A stretch of DNA of 64,000 nt from the IMG/VR virus record IMGVR_UViG_3300028588_000019, positions 8,475-72,474 of that record; one strand, given 5' to 3'. This stretch comes from a virus (taxonomy: Duplodnaviria > Caudoviricetes). A model generated the notes under the pieces. That model saw nothing but the letters and a program-made list of their open reading frames with translations, did not search any database and was not told the DNA's origin. A program made the position numbers and the translations under genes. Positions 35,109 through 44,146 of this stretch are shown here, piece by piece; within the stretch, counting starts at the first letter, position 1; each line of letters begins with the position of its first letter.

Positions 35109-35303
35109 ATGGCAATCGGCGGCGGTATTCGTAAAGGCAATGGCTGCGTTACCGCCGCCAAGCCCGAGTCCATTTACGAGGCGCATCGTAAGCTCGAGAA
35201 GAAGTACACTGAAAAGTGCCAGCAACTTGAGCGTGCAGAGAAGAAAATCTTAATTCTGAACGAGCGCATTAAAAAACTTTCTGCAAAGAAGAATCCAAAA
35301 TGA
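35109..35303 (+). CDS. small coiled-coil protein
   Basis: heptad C-terminus. Confidence 0.6.
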   Translation: MAIGGGIRKGNGCVTAAKPESIYEAHRKLEKKYTEKCQQLERAEKKILILNERIKKLSAKKNPK

Positions 35304-35824
35304 GCAAATATCGCAGTACCAAGACCTACGGTCACGAGCTCGGACTGTCGGCGTGCTTCCGCCAGCATCGTGCAACGCATTCGCACTGCTCGATGCTGCA
35401 CGGTTACGCGCTCGCGTTCACTTTCACGTTCGAAGCAGACACGCTGGACGACCGCAATTGGGTCCAGGACTTCGGAGGCCTGAAAGAACTGAAGCAAAAG
35501 CTTCAACGGACGTTCGACCACAAGCTGGTCGTCGCGGAAGACGATCCGAAGGTGCACGAGATTTGCCGTTTGGACGGCTACGTCGCGGACGTACTTGTGC
35601 TGCCTGCGGTCGGCTGCGAAGCGTTCGCGAAACAGGCTTACGACATGGCCTGTGAAGTTATTCGTGACGCAAACAAGGCTGAGGTTGCTCGTCTCCAGTC
35701 TGAGCACAAGCCTGGCACCCAATGGCCAACCGCTGGTCGTCAGCGCGTCCGCGTCGTGTCGGTCGAGTGCCGCGAGCACGGCGCCAACAGCGCAATTTAC
35801 ATCGGTGGCGAGGATGAAGCATAA
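35300..35824 (+). CDS. queD: 6-carboxy-tetrahydropterin synthase
   Basis: HCSMLHGY...DFG.LK...FDH...CE..A...E. Confidence 0.92.
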   Translation: MSKYRSTKTYGHELGLSACFRQHRATHSHCSMLHGYALAFTFTFEADTLDDRNWVQDFGGLKELKQKLQRTFDHKLVVAEDDPKVHEICRLDGYVADVLVLPAVGCEAFAKQAYDMACEVIRDANKAEVARLQSEHKPGTQWPTAGRQRVRVVSVECREHGANSAIYIGGEDEA

Positions 35825-36053
35825 ACTCATCTATGACAGGCGAGCAGGCGGTTACTCAGCAATCTGTTCGCTTTATAACCAACTCGGGGTGGCGGAATTC
35901 GTCATCACTATGGACCATAACGAAGGATTTACGCATAGCGTGCTTCGTGTTCCAGACGAGAAGGTTATTGTCACCTGGCGCAAACTTGGCAAGGACATGC
36001 ACAACTGTCCTGTCGAACCTAATAAATTTATTGTTACGAAATCACTAGCATGA
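35814..36053 (+). CDS. hypothetical protein
   Basis: SD GGCGAGG, ATG 35814. Confidence 0.6.
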   Translation: MKHKLIYDRRAGGYSAICSLYNQLGVAEFVITMDHNEGFTHSVLRVPDEKVIVTWRKLGKDMHNCPVEPNKFIVTKSLA

Positions 36054-36673
36054 ACATTAAAGAAAACGAGCAAGGTCAAAAGCACTACATCCGCGTGAAA
36101 GCTGTCGAACAACTGCTACGCACGATCCCGGGCACACTAGCACCTGCACCAGCAGAATTCGGACAGCTGACCGGCGCACTGCGCGAAGGCGTCCAGGACA
36201 CGCCGAATCGCGTTGCCAAGGCTTGGGCGGAATGGACCAGCGGTTATAGCATTGACATCGCAGAACTGCTGAAGGTGTTCGAAGACGGCGCCGAGGGCTA
36301 CGATGAGATGGTTGTGGTCAAAGACATCCCCATCTACAGCAAGTGCGAGCATCACCTCGCAGACATCTTCGGCACGGCAACCATCGCGTATATCCCGGAC
36401 GGCAAGGTTGTCGGCCTGTCCAAGCTGTCCCGCCTGGCAGATGCGTTCGCAAAGCGTCTGCAAGTGCAGGAGCGCCTGACGGTGCAGATCGCTGACGCGC
36501 TGATGGAACATCTGCAACCGAAAGGCTGTGGCGTTATCGTCCGTGCCAGACATATGTGCATGGAATCGCGGGGCATCTGCCAGCAAGGTCACCACACTGT
36601 GACTTCCGCATTGCGCGGTGTGTTCAAGGATCAACCTGAAACCCGCGCCGAATTCCTGGCGCACGGAAAATAA
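36050..36673 (+). CDS. folE: GTP cyclohydrolase I
   Basis: TPNRVAK, SKCEHH, GLSKL, RLQVQERLT, HMCMESRG. Confidence 0.97.
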   Translation: MNIKENEQGQKHYIRVKAVEQLLRTIPGTLAPAPAEFGQLTGALREGVQDTPNRVAKAWAEWTSGYSIDIAELLKVFEDGAEGYDEMVVVKDIPIYSKCEHHLADIFGTATIAYIPDGKVVGLSKLSRLADAFAKRLQVQERLTVQIADALMEHLQPKGCGVIVRARHMCMESRGICQQGHHTVTSALRGVFKDQPETRAEFLAHGK

Positions 36674-36682
36674 GGAGTCACC

Positions 36683-37048
36683 ATGTTGTTCCGTAAAAAG
36701 CCAGTCGTTATCGATGCGACGCAGTGGTTTAAGAATGGGGACCATCCGCAGGACTACGCCAAAGACGTAGAGGGATTCAAAAACGGCCAACACCATGTCT
36801 ATGACAAATGTGTTGCGTCCACGAACGGTTGGGAAGGTCAGGTTGTCCGCCACTACCGCCACCCGGAAGTGGCGGGTGACACCCCGTGCAAGCATTGCGG
36901 TCAAACCATGCACGACCACGGTTTGGTCGAAACGTTGGAAGGCGGTCACATCGTCTGTCCTGGAGACTGGATTATTACGGGTGTGAAGGGTGAACACTAT
37001 CCGTGCAAACCTGACATTTTTGATGTAACGTACGAACAAGTTAAATAA
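36683..37048 (+). CDS. conserved-type phage protein (PGDWII...YPCKPDIF family)
   Basis: TLEG...PGDWII.GVKGE.YPCKPDIF..TYE. Confidence 0.75.
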   Translation: MLFRKKPVVIDATQWFKNGDHPQDYAKDVEGFKNGQHHVYDKCVASTNGWEGQVVRHYRHPEVAGDTPCKHCGQTMHDHGLVETLEGGHIVCPGDWIITGVKGEHYPCKPDIFDVTYEQVK

Positions 37049-37050
37049 GT

Positions 37051-37180
37051 CTGCCAGGGTGACCCAGAGCCACTGCAATGGTTAGGTGACACCTTTTTGA
37101 CTGAAGCTGGTAGGTGGCAGCATCTAGCGAACAGCAGACCGGAGCCGAAAGGTAGTCTGATCCGGTCACCTTCTAACCTA
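37051..37180 (+). ncRNA. unassigned structured intergenic RNA
   Basis: CTGCCA/TGGCAG, GGTTAG-GTGAC/GTCAC..CTAACC and CAGAC/GTCTG with a GAAA hairpin. Confidence 0.4.
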
Positions 37181-37193
37181 CTGAGGAAATAAC

Positions 37194-37757
37194 ATGAATC
37201 AAAAATATAACTTCTCGCTGTCCAAGAATGCGCTGTTCGGTATCGGTGCAGTGATCCTGCTGGCACTGGCAATCATGGTTGCCGTCTGGCCATCCAAGCC
37301 GACGCAAAGCTACCGTGAAGGTGCGGGCACCACGCGCGAGGGTACGGGCATCTATCGCGAAGGCATCGGCGGCGCTGCACCAGTTGCCCACAACTACCAA
37401 CCGGAGCAGTACGCGCATCCCGCACCAGTACAAGCGCAACCCGCTCCGGTTGTGGTGCAACAAGCTGCATCGTCGCGCGGCACGGACATGCTGACCGGTG
37501 CCGCTATCGGTGCGCTCGCAACCCATGCGCTGACGTCCAAACCGGCTGCACCCGCGCCGGAACGCATCGTCGAACGTCGTACTGTGGTCAAGTACGTGCA
37601 GACCCCTCGCCCGAGCGTGCGTCCGCAGAAACCATACGTGCCTGCATACAAGTCCGATCGCTACGTGTCGACGTATAAAGCACCGACCAGCTACAGGCCA
37701 GCGAGCTATTCCAGCGGGTCGTCATATCGCTCGACAGCAAGCTTCAGCAAGCGTTAA
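37194..37757 (+). CDS. membrane-anchored low-complexity protein
   Basis: N-terminal TM, second hydrophobic patch, S/Y/R-rich tail. Confidence 0.75.
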   Translation: MNQKYNFSLSKNALFGIGAVILLALAIMVAVWPSKPTQSYREGAGTTREGTGIYREGIGGAAPVAHNYQPEQYAHPAPVQAQPAPVVVQQAASSRGTDMLTGAAIGALATHALTSKPAAPAPERIVERRTVVKYVQTPRPSVRPQKPYVPAYKSDRYVSTYKAPTSYRPASYSSGSSYRSTASFSKR

Positions 37758-37783
37758 AACGCGCTACAAGCGCGTGCAATCCG

Positions 37784-37815
37784 GGGGTGCAGTGTGCTAT
37801 GCTGTACCCCTTTTT
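37784..37815 (+). terminator. intrinsic terminator
   Basis: GGGGTGCAG/CTGTACCCC followed by TTTTT. Confidence 0.7.
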
Positions 37816-37872
37816 AACGCGCTGCGCACCCTTGCCGCAAGCGCAAACCGCATTCCAGGGCCAGTACAAGCT

Positions 37873-38799
37873 ATGAAACTTTTCCTCGCTGCTGTCTACA
37901 CCAATCATTACATGGAGACGCAGAACCGCTACGAGAAGCTGAACGAAGCTGAGCAGCACATTATGTCGGATGTCCCGAACATCCTTGAATCATATCACTA
38001 CGTTAAGAACCAGTCCTTTGTAGATACAATGAGGTCGCGCGGTGCAAAGGTCTTTCTTGACTCGGGCGCATTCTCCGCGCACTCGCTGAACGCCCATATT
38101 GATATCAACCAGTATTGCGACTACATCATCCGCAACAGGGATATCCTGCGCGTCGAAGATGGCGCAGTAATGGCTTCGGTGCTTGACGGTATCGGTGACC
38201 CGCTCAAGACCTACCAGCACCAGCTTCACATGGAAAAGATGGGTGCAAAGCCTCTCCCCTGCTTCCACTACGGCGAAGACATCCGTTACCTCGAGTTCTA
38301 CGTCAAGAACTATGACTACATTACGATCGGTGGTCTGGTGCGGCGCACGTCCGAAGCACAGAAGGTGTGGTTAGACCGCATTTGGCCGTACATGCTGGAC
38401 GGTAGCGGTCGTCCAAAGTTGAAAGTCCATGCCTTCGGTATGACGGCACCGTGGCTGATGGAACGATATCCATGGTACAGTGTCGACTCCTCGTCTTGGA
38501 TTCAGGCAGCGGCGTTCGGTTCCATCTTTACCAGCGAGCACGGACCAATTGCAGTGTCCAGCACTTCGCCTTCCCGGCACGACTACGGCAGGCACATAAC
38601 CACACTACCCGACGTCGAGCGTCAATACATGGAGCAAATGCTCGCTAAAAAAGGTTTTGAAACTGAGCGTCTAGGCACAGTTTACGAATCCCGGGCAGTG
38701 TATAATATGCTGGGGTACATGGAATTAAACGACCTGATCCTCGAGCGGATCAAAGGCAAGCAGACATTCGATTGCAGTAAAATTCAGGAGCTATTCTAA
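37873..38799 (+). CDS. dpdA: DNA 7-deazaguanine transglycosylase (TGT-like)
   Basis: FLDSGAFS, HYGE, HAFG, SVDSSSW; next to the que genes; no clear SD, so start uncertain. Confidence 0.85.
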   Translation: MKLFLAAVYTNHYMETQNRYEKLNEAEQHIMSDVPNILESYHYVKNQSFVDTMRSRGAKVFLDSGAFSAHSLNAHIDINQYCDYIIRNRDILRVEDGAVMASVLDGIGDPLKTYQHQLHMEKMGAKPLPCFHYGEDIRYLEFYVKNYDYITIGGLVRRTSEAQKVWLDRIWPYMLDGSGRPKLKVHAFGMTAPWLMERYPWYSVDSSSWIQAAAFGSIFTSEHGPIAVSSTSPSRHDYGRHITTLPDVERQYMEQMLAKKGFETERLGTVYESRAVYNMLGYMELNDLILERIKGKQTFDCSKIQELF

Positions 38800-39218
38800 T
38801 GTGTGTAATTGACAGCTTTAACGGGGAGTTCCGCTTCCTGTCCAACTTTGCTTATTCTGAATTCACTTTGTACGGTACGCGCTACCCGACCGTTGAGCAC
38901 GCCTACCAAGCATTGAAGTGTGTCAGCCAGCGCGACCACGACGGGATTGCGACTGCGCGAACTCCAGGCGTTGCCAAGAAGCTCGGTCGTGTAGTTCAGC
39001 TGCGCGAAGATTGGGAACAGTCAAAAGATGCGGTTATGATAGCATGTGTGTACGCCAAGTTCAAACAGAACCCGCATCTAGCCGAGCAACTGCGCAACAC
39101 TCGCGGATGCACGCTAATCGAAGGGAATACGTGGGGTGACCATTATTGGGGCGTCTGTAAGGGGACCGGGCAGAACATGCTTGGACAAATTCTAATGCGA
39201 GTAAGGGACATGGTTTAA
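38799..39218 (+). CDS. NADAR/YbiA family protein
   Basis: FLSNF...YPTVEHAYQA.K...AKKLGR...KF.QN..L...L.EGN.W.D..WG. Confidence 0.92.
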   Translation: MCVIDSFNGEFRFLSNFAYSEFTLYGTRYPTVEHAYQALKCVSQRDHDGIATARTPGVAKKLGRVVQLREDWEQSKDAVMIACVYAKFKQNPHLAEQLRNTRGCTLIEGNTWGDHYWGVCKGTGQNMLGQILMRVRDMV

Positions 39219-39430
39219 TGAATAACATCAAGTTCAAATGGTTGCTGTTGCGTAAAGCAATCTTCACCAAGTGGTTGGAGTTCCGCTACCGCAACCAAGA
39301 TGGTGAAACCTGTTGCTGTGGATCGCAGATAGGTAAAGGTGGTGACATTTGCTATCACGGCGGGTGCCGCAGTATGAAGGACTATGTCATTGAACGCGAA
39401 GTCGAAAGGAAGTTTCCAAATGCCACGTAA
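39218..39430 (+). CDS. small Cys protein
   Basis: CCCG...C.HGGC. Confidence 0.6.
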   Translation: MNNIKFKWLLLRKAIFTKWLEFRYRNQDGETCCCGSQIGKGGDICYHGGCRSMKDYVIEREVERKFPNAT

Positions 39431-39650
39431 CGAGCCCCCGAGCCACAGCCCGAAGGACTTCCCCGAAATGGAAGTATGGGTCGATGGAAAGCCGCAGCGT
39501 CGCCCTGTCGAGAGTGTACAGATGCCTAGTGCAATGGGTATGCTGATCGGCTTTGTGCCAACACCCCGTCTTGAACCTATCCTGTTTGAAAACGAACGTG
39601 CAGAACACTTGCTCGACGGTCGCGTTATTATTATCAAGGTGAAGCAATGA
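39420..39650 (+). CDS. hypothetical protein
   Basis: SD AAGGA, ATG 39420. Confidence 0.55.
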   Translation: MPRNEPPSHSPKDFPEMEVWVDGKPQRRPVESVQMPSAMGMLIGFVPTPRLEPILFENERAEHLLDGRVIIIKVKQ

Positions 39651-40621
39651 CTACAATGCTCGAAGCGTTGAAGTTTGTACAAGGAAGTATCGCTAAAAAA
39701 GAACTGGTCGATGAGCTCACGCACTTCCAAATTAAGAACGGTCGGGTTAGCGGTTACAACGGCGTGATTGCGCTTAGCAGCCCTATCCCGTTCGATCTCA
39801 ACTGCAACCCCAAAGCAGCAGAGCTCATCAAAGCTATCTCAAACTGCGACGAAAATGACACCATCCAGTTGTCGTTGACCCCAGGCGGCAAGCTGACCGT
39901 CAAGAGCGCAGGGTTCCGCGTCAACATCCAGTCTTTCAATGAGCCTGTGCACAGTTACGAGCCTGAAGGTGAAGTTGTAGAGTTCGACGGCGAAGCGTTC
40001 TTGCAGGGTGTGAAGGCTGTGTCCCCATTCATTGGACAGGATGCTTCGCGTAAATGGTCGCAGGGTGTGCTAATTAAAGACAGCTCGTTCTTTGCGACCA
40101 ATAATGTCACGTTGGTCCAATACTGGCTGGGCGCAGTATTTCCGTTCGAGATTAACATCCCGATGCCTACGGTTAAAGAAATTCTGCGCATCAAGGAAGC
40201 ACCCCTCTCGATGCAGGTTGCGGAGAACTGCTTTACCCTGCACTACAGCGGGGACCGCTGGCTCCGGTCGCAGTATTACAGTATCAAAGAGTGGCCTGAC
40301 CTTGGGAAGATCCTGGACCGCCCGTTTAACCCCGGACCACTTGATCCAGCAGTCTTTGTTGGTCTTGAAAAGATGAAAAGCTTCGTCGACCCGCTGGGGA
40401 GCATTTACTTCCAGGGCGGTCTGATGACCACACATCCTGACGTTGCTGAAGCTAACGCCACGTTCGCGGTCCCGAGCATCCAAACCGAAGGCCTGTTTAA
40501 CAATCAAATGCTTGCGCTGCTCGAAGGTGTTGCGACGCATATCGACTGGACAACCTACCCTGCACCGTGCCTGTTCTCAGGCGATCGGCTGCGCGGTGCA
40601 ATTGTGGGGATGCGCAAATGA
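39647..40621 (+). CDS. beta-clamp-like DNA polymerase processivity factor
   Basis: three-domain size; N-terminus and terminal motifs resemble DnaN; next to the polymerase. Confidence 0.7.
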   Translation: MTTMLEALKFVQGSIAKKELVDELTHFQIKNGRVSGYNGVIALSSPIPFDLNCNPKAAELIKAISNCDENDTIQLSLTPGGKLTVKSAGFRVNIQSFNEPVHSYEPEGEVVEFDGEAFLQGVKAVSPFIGQDASRKWSQGVLIKDSSFFATNNVTLVQYWLGAVFPFEINIPMPTVKEILRIKEAPLSMQVAENCFTLHYSGDRWLRSQYYSIKEWPDLGKILDRPFNPGPLDPAVFVGLEKMKSFVDPLGSIYFQGGLMTTHPDVAEANATFAVPSIQTEGLFNNQMLALLEGVATHIDWTTYPAPCLFSGDRLRGAIVGMRK

Positions 40622-40974
40622 ACGATACTACCGCGAAGCGAAGGCCTGTAATTGTGGTCATGGGGGCGCCAATGGGCGGCAAAAGCTGGGTGAACGACGC
40701 CCTCCGCAAGTTCGCAGAAGAGGGTCATGCCACCGTGCTTATCGTACCTGAGCTCGGAACCGTTCAAGGTACGCGGTTTGTTGCGTTGGACGAGTACGCT
40801 GACCTAACTTGCTCGAACACCATGACCCCACACACGGCGTTCCCGGAATTCATCGAACCTACCGACACCCGCAAGGAGAAGTTCGCACAGCTGACAGCTG
40901 AACTGTACCGTGCAAAAGCGATGCGCAATAAGCATCTTGTTAAAGAACTTGAAAAGCGCATTAAGCGACTCTAA
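40618..40974 (+). CDS. small protein with a Walker A-like motif
   Basis: VIVVMGAPMGGKS. Confidence 0.5.
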   Translation: MNDTTAKRRPVIVVMGAPMGGKSWVNDALRKFAEEGHATVLIVPELGTVQGTRFVALDEYADLTCSNTMTPHTAFPEFIEPTDTRKEKFAQLTAELYRAKAMRNKHLVKELEKRIKRL

Positions 40975-40976
40975 TC

Positions 40977-43043
40977 ATGCGGGCAGATAGCGTAGGATTA
41001 TTCTGGGAGGACGTTGCTAAAGTCAAGCCTCCCAAGAAAGAAAAAGTAAAGCGCACTCCACCCGAGAAGTTTTGGACGGTGGAAGGTTACATTCCGCCTG
41101 GTGCACTGGAGGAAGCGCAGTCGTACGAGTACAAGTTCTTCAACGATATGGAACTGTACCAGGCAATGTTGCGCGGTGAACGCTTGGTGTATGACTTGGA
41201 GGTCTACCCGAATTATTTCCTAGCAGGCTTTAAAGGCATTGATAGCGGAAAGTATGTGTTCCTCGAAGAGATTCACCACGATCTTGGCGACCTCCCTGAA
41301 CGCACTTACAACCGCGAAAAGCTCAAGTGGATCCTTGAAAAGTTTACGCTGATTAGCTTCAACGGCAAGAAGTACGACGATATCATTTCTGCGCTTGCAG
41401 TGCACCCGCAATTCGGCTGCATTGACTTCTGGAACGCAACCTGCATGCTGATCCAGGAGGGTTTGCGCGACCGTGATATTTATTCGCACTACTCTGTCAA
41501 GAAACTTGAAATTGACAGTATCGACATTAAAGAGCTTACAGCGCAAGGGCCTAGTTTGAAGAAATGCGCAGCACGCTTGCATGCCCCACGATTGCAAGAC
41601 CTGCCGTTCATCCCCGGTACATACCTCACGGACAGGCAAATTGTTGTGTTGCGCCGATACAACATCAACGACTTGGACAACACGCAGATTGTTTACGAGT
41701 CCAAGCTCGACATTATTGCGATTCGTGAGCAGAAGGGTAAAGAATACGGCGTAGACCTGCGGTCTAGTTCCGATGCGCAAATGGCTGAAGCGATTGTTGG
41801 CGCTGAGATTCGGCGTATGACCGGACGCAAGTATATCCAGCGCACCAAGATTGACCCCGGTACAGCTTACAAATACCGCGCGCCAACGTGGGTGAACTTT
41901 AAGACTCCGATGATGCAAGACTTCTTGCGTCGATTGCAGAAGCTGGACTTTGTGGTCAACCATTGGGACGGCGGTTTGCTCATGCCGCCTGAGCTCGATA
42001 AGTACACTATTAAGATTGCAGAGGGTAGCTATGCTGTCGGTATCGGTGGGCTGCACAGCCAGGAGAAGTCGGTTGCATGGTACGCAGACGACGAATACGA
42101 ACTGGTTGACACCGACGCGACGTCCTACTATCCCACACTGATCCTTAACGCGGGTCTGAAACCGCAATCGCTCGGTGACGCGTTCATTCAGATTTATCGT
42201 CGCATCGTTCAAGAGCGTGTTGCAGCAAAGCACGCAGGCGACGACATCACCGCGCAGTGCTTGAAGATTGTCATTAACGGCACGTTCGGTAAACTTGGCA
42301 ATATGTACTCAATCATGTACGCGCCCCACCTCATGTTGCAGGTTACGATTACGGGTCAGCTGTCGCTGCTGATGCTCATTGAGCGCTTTGAGCTTGCAGG
42401 TATTCGCGTCATTAATGCTAACACCGACGGTGTGGTTGCTCGTCCGCACAAGTCCCAGCGCGAAACCTTTAACGCTATCGTCAAGCAGTGGGAACGCGAA
42501 ACGGGCTTCGGTACGGAAGAAACGCTCTACAAAGCGTACATGGCTAAAGACGTGAATAACTACCTTGCACAGTACGTTAAGCCTGAAAAGGGTCAGCACT
42601 TTAAGACAAAGGGTCTGTACGCTAAAACCTCGTCGGCGAAGAATGCCGTCAATGAGGTCTGTATCCTTGCGCTGAAGGAATATCTCATCAACAAGACCTC
42701 CGTCGAAGAAACAATTCGCAACTGCACAAAGCCATCCATGTTTACCACAATGCGCGAGACGCACATGGGCGGTGGAGCGGTCAAAGGGGACCAGTACCTC
42801 GGCAAAGTGGTTCGTTGGTATTACGCGAAAGGTGAGACCGGAGAGATTCAGGTCGTTAAGACGGGTAACAAGGTTGCACGCTCGGACGGTGCAATTCCAC
42901 TGATGGATTTACCAGACGAGCTACCGGAGGATTTAGACTACGACTGGTACATCGCTGAGGCGAATAAGATCCTTGGTAAGATCGGTACAGTGGCGGAAGA
43001 GGGGGAGTCTGACGAAGAAGACGAAGAAACTGAAACCGCTTAA
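40977..43043 (+). CDS. family B DNA polymerase
   Basis: exonuclease DLEVY; DATSYYP, KIVINGTFG, NANTDG. Confidence 0.92.
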   Translation: MRADSVGLFWEDVAKVKPPKKEKVKRTPPEKFWTVEGYIPPGALEEAQSYEYKFFNDMELYQAMLRGERLVYDLEVYPNYFLAGFKGIDSGKYVFLEEIHHDLGDLPERTYNREKLKWILEKFTLISFNGKKYDDIISALAVHPQFGCIDFWNATCMLIQEGLRDRDIYSHYSVKKLEIDSIDIKELTAQGPSLKKCAARLHAPRLQDLPFIPGTYLTDRQIVVLRRYNINDLDNTQIVYESKLDIIAIREQKGKEYGVDLRSSSDAQMAEAIVGAEIRRMTGRKYIQRTKIDPGTAYKYRAPTWVNFKTPMMQDFLRRLQKLDFVVNHWDGGLLMPPELDKYTIKIAEGSYAVGIGGLHSQEKSVAWYADDEYELVDTDATSYYPTLILNAGLKPQSLGDAFIQIYRRIVQERVAAKHAGDDITAQCLKIVINGTFGKLGNMYSIMYAPHLMLQVTITGQLSLLMLIERFELAGIRVINANTDGVVARPHKSQRETFNAIVKQWERETGFGTEETLYKAYMAKDVNNYLAQYVKPEKGQHFKTKGLYAKTSSAKNAVNEVCILALKEYLINKTSVEETIRNCTKPSMFTTMRETHMGGGAVKGDQYLGKVVRWYYAKGETGEIQVVKTGNKVARSDGAIPLMDLPDELPEDLDYDWYIAEANKILGKIGTVAEEGESDEEDEETETA

Positions 43044-43086
43044 AACGCGTTTGCCGCGTTTTGTTTGCGCGGTAGGGGGTAAGTGT

Positions 43087-43120
43087 AGGGGGTACGGGCT
43101 TTGCAGCGTGTACCCCCTTT
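43087..43120. terminator. terminator-like hairpin between convergent operons
   Basis: AGGGGGTAC/GTACCCCCT followed by TT, between the polymerase and spanin stops. Confidence 0.55.
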
Positions 43121-43124
43121 GCCG

Positions 43125-43637
43125 TTACTGCGCTGGTGCGTTGCAGGTGTCCCGCGCAGCGTTGTACAGGTCGATCAGGAGGTTGCGTTCTCGCACAAGT
43201 CTTGCACTGTCTGCTGCGGCGCGGAGAACGTCTTCAGAAGCTTCTGGCACCAGATCGGTTCCTCCTTCTTCGACACCGAATCCGGCAGTGGTGGGATTTG
43301 AGGGCGCTTGGTTTCCAGGAGCCGGACTTGCGGGGCAGCGCAACCCGCTAGTGCCAGCACGAGCCCGAGCAATAGCTTTTTCAATTGCATCTTCATGTTT
43401 AGCTTTCAGGATGGATTCGTTGGTGGTGAGGGTTTGGACTTGAGCTTTCAACGCTGCTTCGCGCTGTTCGGCAAGCTTGTTCAGTTTGACTTGAGCGTCT
43501 TTCGCGATCTTGTCGTCGGATGCAATTTGAGCAAGCAATTCTTGCGCACCGTCGTGACGCCCGTACTGGAATAGACCATAACCCAGCAGCGCAGCAAGCA
43601 GAAGGCCCACGAACCAGTCCAACAGGTCGGACTTCAT
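43125..43637 (-). CDS. i-spanin (Rz-like)
   Basis: N-terminal TM, coiled coil, follows the endolysin. Confidence 0.85.
   Translation of the reverse strand: MKSDLLDWFVGLLLAALLGYGLFQYGRHDGAQELLAQIASDDKIAKDAQVKLNKLAEQREAALKAQVQTLTTNESILKAKHEDAIEKAIARARAGTSGLRCPASPAPGNQAPSNPTTAGFGVEEGGTDLVPEASEDVLRAAADSARLVRERNLLIDLYNAARDTCNAPAQ
43175..43396 (-). CDS. embedded o-spanin lipoprotein (Rz1-like)
   Basis: LVLALAG-C lipobox, Pro-rich, nested in another frame of Rz. Confidence 0.8.
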   Translation of the reverse strand: MKMQLKKLLLGLVLALAGCAAPQVRLLETKRPQIPPLPDSVSKKEEPIWCQKLLKTFSAPQQTVQDLCENATS

Positions 43638-44146
43638 GCCAGCACCCCGCCAGCTTTTACGTAGGCGTTACGCAGAACGACGATATTGTTCATGTGCTGG
43701 TTTGCGTAGTTAGCACCAGGCAAGGACGCCCAGCGGCTCTTGCACTTTTCGACAGCAACGTCGAAACGACCCGCTTCAACATCTTGCAAAGCTTTGCATT
43801 CACGGATCATTTGCACCGCGATTGCATCTTGCGCAGCTGGGGAGAAGTCTTTCAGCTTCAACGACGCCTTGTAGAAGTCGAAGTAGCGCTTGAGCAGCTG
43901 GTAACGGCCAGCAGCGGTGGATGGGATGACCACACCAGACTTCTGCTTCACCTGCACCAGCTTGCGCGGGTGGTCTTTGTAGCCTGTGAACAGATCGGGT
44001 TTGCTTGGCGTACTGCCAACGATCACATTGTAACCGTTGTCGGACTTTTGCAGCAAGACAGCGCCAAGCTCGCTGAATGCAATCATGTCCAGGAAGGCTT
44101 TAAGGTTGCGACTGATTTCCATTACGTACTCCACGGATGTCGCCAA
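43634..44146 (-). CDS. endolysin, lambda-R-like lytic transglycosylase
   Basis: AFLDMIAFSE, GYNVIVG, STAAGRYQ, WASLPG. Confidence 0.93.
   Translation of the reverse strand: MATSVEYVMEISRNLKAFLDMIAFSELGAVLLQKSDNGYNVIVGSTPSKPDLFTGYKDHPRKLVQVKQKSGVVIPSTAAGRYQLLKRYFDFYKASLKLKDFSPAAQDAIAVQMIRECKALQDVEAGRFDVAVEKCKSRWASLPGANYANQHMNNIVVLRNAYVKAGGVLA

Noticed and set aside
37120-37165. FMN riboswitch
   Set aside because: Only a partial 3'-half resemblance; the paired GGTGAAATTCC arms are missing and there is no riboflavin gene downstream.
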